A DNA stretch of 64,000 nucleotides from Calditrichia bacterium (GCA_963765585.1 CAVXXB010000005.1:182402-246401); one strand, 5' to 3'; numbered from the stretch's first letter, positions 41,992 through 51,809 are shown. The notes: generated by a model not told the origin, from the sequence alone. Made by a program: numbers and translations.

Positions 41992-43647
41992 ATGCAAAAG
42001 AAGATATGTAGTATATTGTTTGTTCTGATTTTTATTTTTTCCGGATATGCTGAAGATATTATCTGGACTGAAGACACGACGGTTTCATTGCCTGATAGTA
42101 TTAAACTTTATAAAGGAACCCGCACATCGCCCAAGTTGCAGGCTTTTTATCTGGATGTAAATTTGAAAAATGCAGAAATCGCTGTACGTCCATATTTTGG
42201 AGTTCAGACTGCCACCCTGCCAGTATTCACCTCGGCAGCCGGCGCATATGTTGCAATAAATGCCGGTTTTTTTGGTGGTAGTACATCGTATTCCACAATT
42301 ATTAGTCCCGGCGAATTAAAAGCCGCAAACGTGCAATCCTTAGCACGCAATAACCTCACATTTCCTGTCATCCGAAGCATGTTTAGTATAGATACTGACG
42401 GCACAATGGCAGTAGACTGGATGTACCATTTTGATAATACTTTGGAAGGTGTATATTCATTTTCGCAACCATTGTCATATATCAACAACGACCCGGTGCC
42501 GAAAAGTACACCAAAAAAGGAAGACGGAACACCTTTGACAGATTTGCTGGTGGCTGTCGGTGGGGCACCAGTGCTGATAAAAAATGGCGTTATCAATATT
42601 ACTTACGATGAAGAAATTATGTGGGGATCGGGTGTCGGTTTGGACAATAGGGATCCAAGAACCGCTGTTGGTTATACACTGGATAATCACGTGATATTAT
42701 TTGTCGCGGATGGCCGGCAGACGATTAGTGAGGGCGTCAGCTTGCCGGAACTGGCACAAATATTATCGGACCTGGGGTGTAACGAAGCAATCAACCTGGA
42801 TGGCGGTGGTTCCACGCAGATGGCTTTGCCCGGACAATATATAAATTCGCCATCGGAACAGCGGCCGGTGCCAACCATTTTTGCAGTAGTACATAAAGAT
42901 TCTCTGGGCGTACCGGATGAGCCCCAGATTGAAAAGATTATTGATAGCGGAGATTCTGAATGCGAGTTAATTGGGCCAGGATGGTTTCCTACAGCGAATT
43001 CGGGTTTTTGGGGCGAAACACCTTCCATGCTGCATTCGAAGGGAGATGGATCGAGTTATGCACAATATCAGGTGAATGTGGCCGCCGATGCTATTTATGA
43101 TGTTTATGCCTGGTGGGTCGCTTCAACAAACAGATGCACGGATACACCTTTTATTATTCACCATAAGCATGGCATCGATACAGTTTATAAAGATCAGGCT
43201 ACGAATGGCTCCAGCTGGGTACCAATTGGTACGTATACATTTCGTGGAGATTCGAGTGAAAAAATTATTGTTTCTGATAAGGCGACCAATGGCACATATG
43301 TGGTCGTGGATGCGATCCGTCTGGTCACTTATGATACTACCGTTACAGCATTAACGAATTCAGAGGTACGGCATGTACCTGAAAATTTTGTTTTGCATCA
43401 AAATTATCCCAATCCGTTTAATCCTGTCACCACGATTCAATATCAGCTGGCGAAACCAGGCCATGTGGATATAAGTATCTATAATTTACTTGGCGAAAAA
43501 ATGACTACTTTAGTTAATACAATTCAGGCTGAGGGATATTATTCTACTGAATGGCATGCGGACGGGTTTGGAAGTGGTGTATATTTTTATCGCATGTTGA
43601 CCGCGGACGGTCAAATGCAAACAAGAAAACTAATCCTGCTAAAATAA
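41992..43647 (+). CDS. Phosphodiester glycosidase family protein (PF09992/DUF2233, NAGPA 'uncovering enzyme'-like) with T9SS CTD
   Basis: The motifs are YVAINAGFFGG and AVGYTLDNHVILFVADGRQ...NLDGGGSTQMAL. The CTD reads VLHQNYPNPFNPVTTIQYQL.... The ATG is at 41992. Confidence 0.75.
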   Translation: MQKKICSILFVLIFIFSGYAEDIIWTEDTTVSLPDSIKLYKGTRTSPKLQAFYLDVNLKNAEIAVRPYFGVQTATLPVFTSAAGAYVAINAGFFGGSTSYSTIISPGELKAANVQSLARNNLTFPVIRSMFSIDTDGTMAVDWMYHFDNTLEGVYSFSQPLSYINNDPVPKSTPKKEDGTPLTDLLVAVGGAPVLIKNGVINITYDEEIMWGSGVGLDNRDPRTAVGYTLDNHVILFVADGRQTISEGVSLPELAQILSDLGCNEAINLDGGGSTQMALPGQYINSPSEQRPVPTIFAVVHKDSLGVPDEPQIEKIIDSGDSECELIGPGWFPTANSGFWGETPSMLHSKGDGSSYAQYQVNVAADAIYDVYAWWVASTNRCTDTPFIIHHKHGIDTVYKDQATNGSSWVPIGTYTFRGDSSEKIIVSDKATNGTYVVVDAIRLVTYDTTVTALTNSEVRHVPENFVLHQNYPNPFNPVTTIQYQLAKPGHVDISIYNLLGEKMTTLVNTIQAEGYYSTEWHADGFGSGVYFYRMLTADGQMQTRKLILLK

Positions 43648-43683
43648 ATATATCCTTGAAGAAAATAATAATCAAATTAGCGC

Positions 43684-43836
43684 AAATCCTCAGCAATCCG
43701 CGTAATCCGCGTGCTATGGTAAAGTGATGAATGGCCCGCTGATCTCGCTGATTGAGCAGATTCTCGCCGATCTAAAAAATTAATTATACTTAAATCAGCG
43801 TAAATCCGTCTGATCTGTGTAATCTGCGTGCTAGTG
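43684..43836 (+). repeat. Dispersed intergenic repeat element, copy B (array, core with 18-codon mini-ORF, array)
   Basis: It reads ...caatccgcgtaatccgcgtgctatgg taaagtg ATGAATGGCCCGCTGATCTCGCTGATTGAGCAGATTCTCGCCGATCTAAAAAATTAA ... taaatcagcgtaaatccgtctgatctgtgtaatctgcgtgctagtgg. The mini-ORF 43727-43783 encodes MNGPLISLIEQILADLKN. Confidence 0.7.
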
Positions 43837-43840
43837 GAAT

Positions 43841-46011
43841 TTATGCTAAGGCGCTTTCTTTTCCTGAGTCTCGGATAAATAAGCAGGAGGACTTGGTCAA
43901 TTCCGGTGCTTCACGCATAAATTTGAACGGCAACTCATCTGCCAGGCCAAATACATTAATATCTGCTCCCGGTGCAGAGGCCATGGTGTCTGCAAATTTA
44001 CCTACCAGCACATGGAATTCGGTTTCTGCAGGCAGACGTGCGCGATCGGTCAGCCGATCCAGAAATGCGCTGAGACGTTTTTTGTCATCTTTGTCGGTGG
44101 TGGCCGTAATCAGATTTAATTGGCCTTCCCAGTTTAATTGCAGTTGCAGGGCAATGAGCATGCTAAGGTGCCAGTTGGGACTTTTATCGCGAATCCAGAA
44201 GTTGACATTTTTTTGCATACCAAATGCCAGCCTGGGGTGTTGACGCAAAATAATGGCCCCCATTTCATGACGAATGGCCTGATTAACGATTTCACTAATC
44301 GTTTTATCCATCTTCGAATCATTGCCCAATGTTAAAAATAATGTATTGGGACGAAATGCACCGCCTTTCAAAGTTTGGATAACCAATTTAGTGCCATGAA
44401 TAAAATTAGAATCTTCTATTACCGTCGAATTTACAATAATGCCTTGTTTATCCAGAGGGGTTAGAAGGCTGGATAATTGGTTTTCTGTTTCCTCAGAATC
44501 CTCCTCTTTAACTGTAAAGGCAAATATGCTTCCCGTCGGGTAGGTTATATTTCGGATAAATTGCAGTGAACCGGACCACACATTCGGATCGTCAATTGGT
44601 AAGAGCAGATCGGGCTTCCAGGTGACCTGGTGGCGCGGAAATTTTGCCGCCAGCCTGGAGGCACGTTCGGCAATTACAAGTATCATTCCACCGCGAATAT
44701 CACCGCCTTCAGTGGATAACCCGCGTCGTCCCAGCCAAAAGTATAATGCTATAATAATTAAAATCGCTAACACACTAAAAACCGGATTGATCAGCATCAT
44801 AATAAAACCACAGCCCAGAGCGCCGGTCAGTGAGACAAAACGTGGAATTTTGAATGACGGCCGAAAACTGATAATATGCATACTTTGTTGAATAAACACT
44901 ACCAGATTTAACATACCATAAGTGATCAGGAAAAACATGGTAATCAAAGAAGCCAGTGCATCCAGATTGCCAAAAACAAGCGCTAAAACGATGATTCCTG
45001 ATGTAAAGATGAGGGCATTGCGGGGTTCGTTACTTTCAGTTTTTGCAGCAAAAAATTTACTGTATGGAATTGTTTTTTGCGCCGCCAGAGCCTGCAGGAT
45101 TCTTGGCGCCCCTATAATACTTCCTAATGCCGAAGAGAATGTGGCCGCAAGGATTCCCATTAACACGATTGGACCCCACCAGGCATAGTCCACCATTACC
45201 ATTTGGTTCGTTCTTAATTCGGATTCAGGGATAAATTTTGCCAGAACATAAGCCATGGCGACATATATGATTAAGGTGACGCCAATAGCTGCAAGTGTTC
45301 CCAGGGGAATGGCCTTTCTGGGATCTTCAAGATCACCTGATAGATTTGCGCCAGCCATAATTCCTGTTACCGCGGGGAAAAATATGGCAAATACAACCCA
45401 GAAACCGGCGTCTTCAAATTGGCCAATCTGTACCATCTGCGTGCTCGCGGCTGCCGGGGTAAAAAAGAAGGAAAATAACGAAAGGCCGATGATACCCATG
45501 ATAAAATATTGAATTTTAATGGCAAAATGCGCACTGATATAAGATATGGAAATCAAAACAATCCACACGCTGAATGAAATGACTATTGGTGAATGATCAG
45601 GAAATATGCGAATCCAGCCTTCGGTAAAACCAACTATATAAAGTGCAGCGGAGAGCGTTTGTGATATATAAAATGGAATTCCCACACTGCCGCCCGCTTC
45701 CAGACCCAGGGATTTTGAGATAATTGAATATGCTCCGCCGGCACCAATCTTTATATTTGTAGTGATTGATGACATGGATAATGCGGTGCAGATTGTAATT
45801 AACTTGGCCAGCAGAATGATAGCAACGGCACCGATAAAACCGGCATTACCAACCACCCAGCCCAAACGCAGGTACATGATGACACCAAGGATGGTCAGCA
45901 CATCCGGTGTAAATACACCCCAAAGGTACCAAACTTCTTTTTTCCGGATTCAGAATTGCCCAGAGAAGTGAAAGTACTTTTTAAATTAGTTAACAGTGAT
46001 GAAACATTCAT
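43841..46011 (-). CDS. Cation-chloride cotransporter (SLC12/CCC) homolog of the APC superfamily with C-terminal cytoplasmic domain; frame break at G-run 45918-45921
   Basis: The core reads FTPDVLTILGVIMYLRLGWVVGNAG, typical of CCC transporters. The N-terminal piece MNVSS...SGKKKFGTFG lies in ORF 45895-46077. The two pieces join if G4 is read as G5. Confidence 0.7.
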
Positions 46012-46070
46012 AATCCGTGTGACCGTTTTATCTATAGTGAATAATACTATTTTGTTAGATAATACCTGGA

Positions 46071-46123
46071 TTCCCAAACTGAGTTTGGGAACCCAATTGT
46101 GTTCCCAAGTTCAACTTGGGAAC
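46071..46123. promoter_or_regulatory. Two perfect palindromes sharing TTCCCAA / TTGGGAA half-sites (candidate operator) upstream of the CCC transporter gene
   Basis: The first, ttcccaaactGagtttgggaa (46071-46091), is a perfect 21-bp palindrome. The second, tgttcccaagttCaacttgggaaca (46099-46123), is a perfect 25-bp palindrome. They lie 60 to 110 nt upstream of the start at 46011. Confidence 0.5.
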
Positions 46124-46244
46124 AAGAATCTGGACATGGCACAAAAAATATCTTTTACAAAAATCTAATCAGATATAATGAAAAAACAAAATATTAATAT
46201 TGTATTATCTTAAGTAGAATAGGACACACAATGGGGAGAGGGAT

Positions 46245-46278
46245 GTAAAAAAAAGCCCGGATCATATGATCCGGGCTA
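46245..46278 (-). terminator. Rho-independent terminator of the DUF4397 repeat-protein gene
   Basis: The perfect palindrome gcccggatcatatgatccgggc is flanked by an A8/T8 run, immediately 3' of the stop codon at 46288-46290. Confidence 0.7.
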
Positions 46279-46287
46279 TAAGGGTGA

Positions 46288-49200
46288 CTATTTAATGAGT
46301 GTCATTCGTTTGATCTGCGAGTAGCTTCCTGCTTGCAATACATACATATAGATTCCTGATGCCAGATCATTGGCATTAAAATCAACTTCATATTGACCGG
46401 CATTCTGCATACCGTCAACCAGATTAGCCACAAGACGTCCGGTTAAATCATATATCTTAAGTGATACATTTGCTGCTTCCGGAATCGAAAACTGAATCTT
46501 TGTGCTTGGATTAAATGGATTCGGGTAGTTCTGCTGCAACTGATATTCAGTTACTATCTGATTTTCGCCAAATTCGGCGATACTTGTTACCTGTTCAAAA
46601 CCATTGGAAATCATAATATCGTTCATGATATCTGTTTTATCATCAGAAAATAATTCAGGTAACTCAACCACATCACCATTCGCAAGTGCTGCAAAAAGCC
46701 CAAATCCTGCACCATTATTATTGGCGTCAGGATTAACAAATCCTGAGGCGAATACAAACGCAGCGCCGCCACCCAGACCGCTCAAATCAGCTTTATAAAT
46801 ACCAACCAGGCTGAACGAGGGTTTTGGTACATACACAACTATCCAATTCTTACGTGCTTTAAGCGATTTATATTCAGTAATATCGCCGTACTTTGCATTT
46901 TTTATGGCAAGACCATATGCAAGAATATTGACACCTGGTGCATCTGTTGCACCATGCATTACTTTTAGATCAACCTGATCATCTTCCATGGCGGCTTCAC
47001 GTGCGCCATCAGTGGCAAACAGGGTAAAGGCAATATCTTTGCCATCGGGATTTGGTGCAAAACCATCACCCAGCACACCATTGGCCACGACAACATAGGA
47101 ACCACCGTCGGCTAAGGTGACCGGAAACGTTGCGATGATATCACCGGCATCATTACTGCTGCCCGGTGCGACACCAATCTTAAGTTCTGTTTCTGCAGGC
47201 ACGTCAACAAATGGCGTTGCTTTGCGGAACATAAAATCATCAAGGAATTTTTCACCATTGACATACACATCAACTACTTTGGCAGCCGGATCGGCAGCAT
47301 TGTGAATTACCTGCAGACGGGCCATCGGTTTGGGCATTTCGATCATCGGCAGTTCAACCACATCACCTGTAGGAAGAGCGGCAAACAAACCAAAGGCAGC
47401 ACCACCATTATTATTATCAGGAGATAAGAAACCGGAAGCAAACACAGTGGCTGCGCCACCGCCTAAACCAGACAGATCGGCTTTAAAAGAAGCAACAATC
47501 GTTTCATTATCATTTCCTGGTGTTACATCAAGAATGTAATCACCGGCCGGTACGGATAAATAACCGGTAAACATGCCATACATGGCATCCTCAACCAACT
47601 TCGCTACATCACGTGCAATTACATCCACAGTCGGTGCGTCAGTTGAACCATGAAATACATTTAAATCAACTTTATCTGCTTCCATGGCGGCTTCACGTGC
47701 GCCATCAGTAGCAAACAGGGTAAAGGCAATATCTTTGCCATCGGGATTTGGTGCAAAACCATCACCCAGCACACCATTGGCCACGACAACATAGGAACCA
47801 CCGTCGGCTAAGGTGACCGGAAACGTTGCGATGATATCACCGGCATCATTACTGCTGCCCGGTGCGACACCAATCTTAAGTTCTGTTTCTGCAGGCACGT
47901 CAACAAATGGCGTTGCTTTGCGGAACATAAAATCATCAAGGAATTTTTCACCATTGACATATACATCAACTACTTTGGCAGCCGGATCGGCAGCATTGTG
48001 AATTACCTGCAGACGGGCCATCGGTTTGGGCATTTCGATCATCGGCAGTTCAACCACATCACCTGTAGGAAGAGCGGCAAACAAACCAAAGGCAGCACCA
48101 CCATTATTATCATCAGGAGATAAGAAACCGGAAGCAAACACAGTGGCTGCGCCACCGCCTAAACCAGACAGATCGGCTTTAAAAGAAGCAACGATGGTTT
48201 CATTATCATTTCCTGGTGTTACATCAAGAATGTAATCACCGGCCGGTACGGATAAATAACCGGTAAACATGCCATACATGGCATCCTCAACCAACTTCGC
48301 TACATCACGTGCAATTACATCCACAGTCGGTGCGTCAGTTGAACCATGAAATACATTTAAATCAACTTTATCTGCTTCCATGGCGGCTTCACGTGCGCCA
48401 TCAGTAGCAAACAGGGTAAAGGCAATATCTTTGCCATCGGGATTTGGTGCAAAACCATCACCCAGCACACCATTGGCCACGACAACATAGGAACCACCGT
48501 CGGCTAAGGTGACCGGAAACGTTGCGATGATATCACCGGCATCATTACTGCTGCCCGGTGCGACACCAATCTTAAGTTCTGTTTCTGCAGGCACGTCAAC
48601 AAATGGCGTTGCTTTGCGGAACATAAAATCATCAAGGAATTTTTCACCATTGACATAGACATCAACTACTTTGGCAGCCGGATCGGCAGCATTGTGAATT
48701 ACCTGCAGACGGGCCATCGGTTTGGGCATCTCGATCATCGGCAGTTCAACCACATCACCTGTAGGAAGAGCGGCAAACAAACCAAAGGCAGCACCACCAT
48801 TATTATTATCAGGAGATAAGAAACCGGAAGCAAACACAGTGGCTGCGCCACCGCCTAAACCAGACAGATCGGCTTTAAAAGAAGCAACATTGGTTAAATT
48901 ATCATTAGCGGGTGTTACATCAAGAATTACTTTCGTTGGAAGAATTCTTCTATAACCTTTATAATCACCATATGACAAATCATTTGCCAGTAACCATTTC
49001 CAGTTTCCCCAACCGGTATCGACCTTCGGCAAGTCCATATTGTTTGCAGCAAGTGAGGCATCGTTATTCTTATAGGATTTATCAAAACTTAAGAGAATAT
49101 CAACAGCAGGGGCATCAGTTGCACCATGGAGAATTAAAGCGTCTACTAAGAAAGGAAATAATCCTTTTTCTTTCACTTTATCGCGGGCAAACAGGGTAAA

Positions 49201-49563
49201 AGAAATATCTTTGCCATCGGGGTTCGGTGCAAAACCATCACCCAGCACACCATTGGCCACAACTACATAGGAACCACCATCGGCTAAGGTGACCGGAAAC
49301 GTTGCGATGATATCACCGGCATCATTACTACTTCCCGGTGCGACACCAATCTTAAGTTCTGTTTCTGCCGGCACGTCAACAAATGGCGTTGCTTTGCGGA
49401 ACATAAAATCATCAAGGAATTTTTCACCATTGACATACACATCAACCACTTTGGCAGCCGGATCAGCCGCATTGTGAATTACCTGCAATCGTGCGGATTT
49501 ATCTTGAGCCAATAAAACGCCGGATGCAAGAACCAGTAAAAATAATGAGTAAAGAAAACGCAT
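46288..49563 (-). CDS. Large secreted tandem-repeat protein: 4 x ~232-aa units each holding two DUF4397-like (PF14344-like) modules, plus T9SS CTD
   Basis: The signal peptide is MRFLYSLFLLVLASGVLLAQ. The unit RLQVIHNAADPAAKVVDVYVNGEKF...MIEMPKP occurs 4 times. The CTD reads LQQNYPNPFNPSTKIQFSIP.... Confidence 0.8.
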   Translation of the reverse strand: MRFLYSLFLLVLASGVLLAQDKSARLQVIHNAADPAAKVVDVYVNGEKFLDDFMFRKATPFVDVPAETELKIGVAPGSSNDAGDIIATFPVTLADGGSYVVVANGVLGDGFAPNPDGKDISFTLFARDKVKEKGLFPFLVDALILHGATDAPAVDILLSFDKSYKNNDASLAANNMDLPKVDTGWGNWKWLLANDLSYGDYKGYRRILPTKVILDVTPANDNLTNVASFKADLSGLGGGAATVFASGFLSPDNNNGGAAFGLFAALPTGDVVELPMIEMPKPMARLQVIHNAADPAAKVVDVYVNGEKFLDDFMFRKATPFVDVPAETELKIGVAPGSSNDAGDIIATFPVTLADGGSYVVVANGVLGDGFAPNPDGKDIAFTLFATDGAREAAMEADKVDLNVFHGSTDAPTVDVIARDVAKLVEDAMYGMFTGYLSVPAGDYILDVTPGNDNETIVASFKADLSGLGGGAATVFASGFLSPDDNNGGAAFGLFAALPTGDVVELPMIEMPKPMARLQVIHNAADPAAKVVDVYVNGEKFLDDFMFRKATPFVDVPAETELKIGVAPGSSNDAGDIIATFPVTLADGGSYVVVANGVLGDGFAPNPDGKDIAFTLFATDGAREAAMEADKVDLNVFHGSTDAPTVDVIARDVAKLVEDAMYGMFTGYLSVPAGDYILDVTPGNDNETIVASFKADLSGLGGGAATVFASGFLSPDNNNGGAAFGLFAALPTGDVVELPMIEMPKPMARLQVIHNAADPAAKVVDVYVNGEKFLDDFMFRKATPFVDVPAETELKIGVAPGSSNDAGDIIATFPVTLADGGSYVVVANGVLGDGFAPNPDGKDIAFTLFATDGAREAAMEDDQVDLKVMHGATDAPGVNILAYGLAIKNAKYGDITEYKSLKARKNWIVVYVPKPSFSLVGIYKADLSGLGGGAAFVFASGFVNPDANNNGAGFGLFAALANGDVVELPELFSDDKTDIMNDIMISNGFEQVTSIAEFGENQIVTEYQLQQNYPNPFNPSTKIQFSIPEAANVSLKIYDLTGRLVANLVDGMQNAGQYEVDFNANDLASGIYMYVLQAGSYSQIKRMTLIK
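46990..49480. repeat. Tandem 696-bp DNA repeats inside the DUF4397 gene (three near-identical copies plus diverged flanking copies)
   Basis: Identical antisense ORFs at 47117, 47813 and 49289, and at 47330, 48026 and 48722, are offset by exactly 696 nt. The string at 47101, accaccgtcggctaaggtgaccgg, recurs at 47797. Confidence 0.85.
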
Positions 49564-49859
49564 AATAACCTCCGAGATTAAATAAATAAATTAGTTAGAT
49601 GAAAATTGTAATTATTTGATTCAATCATAGGAACAAGCATAAATATAAAAATATTCCAATAAACTAAAAAAATTACGCTCAAAACGCTTATATCATATTA
49701 AGCGTTAAAATTGTGGTTGTTAACTGTATTATAAACATATAATTAGAATGCCTATCATTAAGAGTAAATAGTTTAAAAAATATAAGGAGTGATTATATGG
49801 GTATTATTTAATTGTACAAGGAATCTAATAATGAAAATACAAAATGATTATATTATTTT

Positions 49860-50339
49860 CTAATCAGACCTCTGCAGAGATAATCCGCCGCGAACGGTTC
49901 CACCTAATACTATACCTGCGCCAATCAGTACCAAATTCTTAAATATGTATTGACCTTCCAGTGTTAGTCCAAAGGGGAAGGTCTTCCAGACTACATCCGG
50001 TAAAATAAATACTGGCAATACCGTACCCGGCATTTGTAAAAAAAGCAATAGCAGAGTGAGCCTCATGAATTTCCCTGTAATCAAACCAAGTCCAATCAGT
50101 GTTTCCCATGCTGCGAGAATAGGTATAAATAAATCCGGATTCATGAAGTAAACTGTGTTTCGCACCAGGTTCTCAGCCGGACTAAGTCCTGGAAAAAACT
50201 TAAGCATGCCAAACCAGAAAAATATGATCCCGAGACCTATGCGTAATATTTGCAGACCTGAATTTGCCATCCAGCGAGTGAGAAATTGATCGAATTCATT
50301 AAAGTATTTTTTTATAAATTTTTCTTCAATTGTTTGCAT
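49860..50339 (-). CDS. DoxX-family membrane protein
   Basis: It is 159 aa with 4 TM helices and reads [17 protein letters not shown]. Confidence 0.65.
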   Translation of the reverse strand: MQTIEEKFIKKYFNEFDQFLTRWMANSGLQILRIGLGIIFFWFGMLKFFPGLSPAENLVRNTVYFMNPDLFIPILAAWETLIGLGLITGKFMRLTLLLLFLQMPGTVLPVFILPDVVWKTFPFGLTLEGQYIFKNLVLIGAGIVLGGTVRGGLSLQRSD

Positions 50340-50362
50340 TACAATCCTCGATTATCTTGGTC

Positions 50363-50593
50363 CTACCATTTCTTGTCATGACAACTGTGACAGGAAGGTG
50401 CTTTGTCAGTTCCCTGCAAATTTTCTCCATGGCAACTGGTGCAATTTTCATCAGGTTTATTTAGACCGGGCTTATGCATGATGCCATCTTCATTAATTGT
50501 ATGATCAGCAGGTGCGTTATTTTCTGATTCCATAGTCGTTTCACAGGCAACTATCAGCAGCAGTATAACAATTAAGGCAAATATAAATTTCAT
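50363..50593 (-). CDS. Small diheme c-type cytochrome-like lipoprotein
   Basis: The start was moved to ATG 50593 (MKFIFALIVILLLIVAC). It has two CxxCH motifs, CTSCH and CHSCH, in 76 aa. Confidence 0.45.
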   Translation of the reverse strand: MKFIFALIVILLLIVACETTMESENNAPADHTINEDGIMHKPGLNKPDENCTSCHGENLQGTDKAPSCHSCHDKKW

Positions 50594-50888
50594 ATTATGA
50601 TTCTCCGTAATTCCTTGTTTATTTAGGTTTATGAATTTCATGTTGCAGCTCCCGGCTGCAATCAAAAAATAAAAGATTATACAAATCACATGAATTATTT
50701 AACCGCAATGACGCGAAGGAAATGCAAAGCGCACAAAGTTTTTTATTAATTTGAAGAATTATGAATTTTATCTTTGCGAATCTTGTGTTTTCTTTGCGGC
50801 TTAGCGGTAAATTTTTAAAGTCTTGGCTATAAACTTTTAACTAGCCGATAGCCTATTGCCAACTGCCAATAGCCACAAACTTACATCT

Positions 50889-51800
50889 TCAGCACATTAA
50901 TAGTATCGTATCCGTTACCGCCGATCCAAACACGCCAATCCCATCTCCCTCGATATCAAATAGCGGTTCATGGAGATTACCGTCCGGTTCCTGTACATTG
51001 GCCTGGGTATTATAAAAATGATAAAAATTTTTGTCTCCGGCATAAAGTATCAACCGATAATTGCCATAAAACCAGAATTGAAACCATGTTAATTCAATAA
51101 CAGAATTTCCGTCAATTTCATTTTCGGGCCGCGTCCACCTGGCTGAATATTGAAAGTCCTCAACCTTGGCGCCCTCATCCAATGCTTCCTGTATTTCAAA
51201 GCCAAATGGATTTTCATAGATAAATGATTCCACACTGGCTTCCAGAGAAGCGATTGAAAGCAGGAAAAAAGCAGAGTTTGGCGACTGGCTGTAATTAACA
51301 CGTGGGGAGATCAGTTGTCCGTTGTCATCCGTCTGGCGATAAAAAAGATCACCATAGATTGAATTTACCAGGTCTATTTCCAATCCCGCATCCGGTACTG
51401 TGGTTACTGATGATGCCTGTAACTGATTGCCGTCGATAACTGCACTAATGTTTATACGGTAACTGACGCCATTTGCAATGATCAGATCAGTCCCGGGATA
51501 TTCAAAACTTCCTTTGCCAGGATTATAAGATAATGGATAGATGTCGCCGTTATCCAGCTCAGTAATAGTTACTTCCGCTGTCCTGAGCGCAATTTCATCT
51601 TTTTTAATTTCCTGACCGATAGCAAAATTTCTGGTTATACGGATGTCATTCACCGGCCGATTTGGATATATATAGCCCTCTATTACTATTTTAGGTTCGT
51701 AGGTGCGTTCATCAACCGATACCGATGTTTTTCCACAGGCAAACAAGTAAAAACCCAGGGCTGCAATTAGCAGGTATTTGCAATCAAAGTATTTATTCAT
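50889..51800 (-). CDS. Hypothetical lipoprotein encoded downstream of a TonB-dependent receptor (DUF4249-like by context)
   Basis: The lipoprotein signal reads MNKYFDCKYLLIAALGFYLFACGK. The DUF4249 call is from gene context only. Confidence 0.4.
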   Translation of the reverse strand: MNKYFDCKYLLIAALGFYLFACGKTSVSVDERTYEPKIVIEGYIYPNRPVNDIRITRNFAIGQEIKKDEIALRTAEVTITELDNGDIYPLSYNPGKGSFEYPGTDLIIANGVSYRINISAVIDGNQLQASSVTTVPDAGLEIDLVNSIYGDLFYRQTDDNGQLISPRVNYSQSPNSAFFLLSIASLEASVESFIYENPFGFEIQEALDEGAKVEDFQYSARWTRPENEIDGNSVIELTWFQFWFYGNYRLILYAGDKNFYHFYNTQANVQEPDGNLHEPLFDIEGDGIGVFGSAVTDTILLMC

Positions 51801-51809
51801 AATACACCT

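Noticed and set aside
43727-43783. The mini-ORF MNGPLISLIEQILADLKN considered as a bona fide small-protein gene
   Set aside because: It is conserved only as part of a repeat core and disrupted in copy A. It is not reported as a CDS, only flagged in the findings.
47117-49477. Identical 62-aa and near-identical 69-aa plus-strand ORFs (47117, 47813, 49289; 47330, 48026, 48722) inside the DUF4397 gene
   Set aside because: They are antisense read-throughs of the 696-bp tandem repeats, not genes. Their identity only reflects the DNA repeat.
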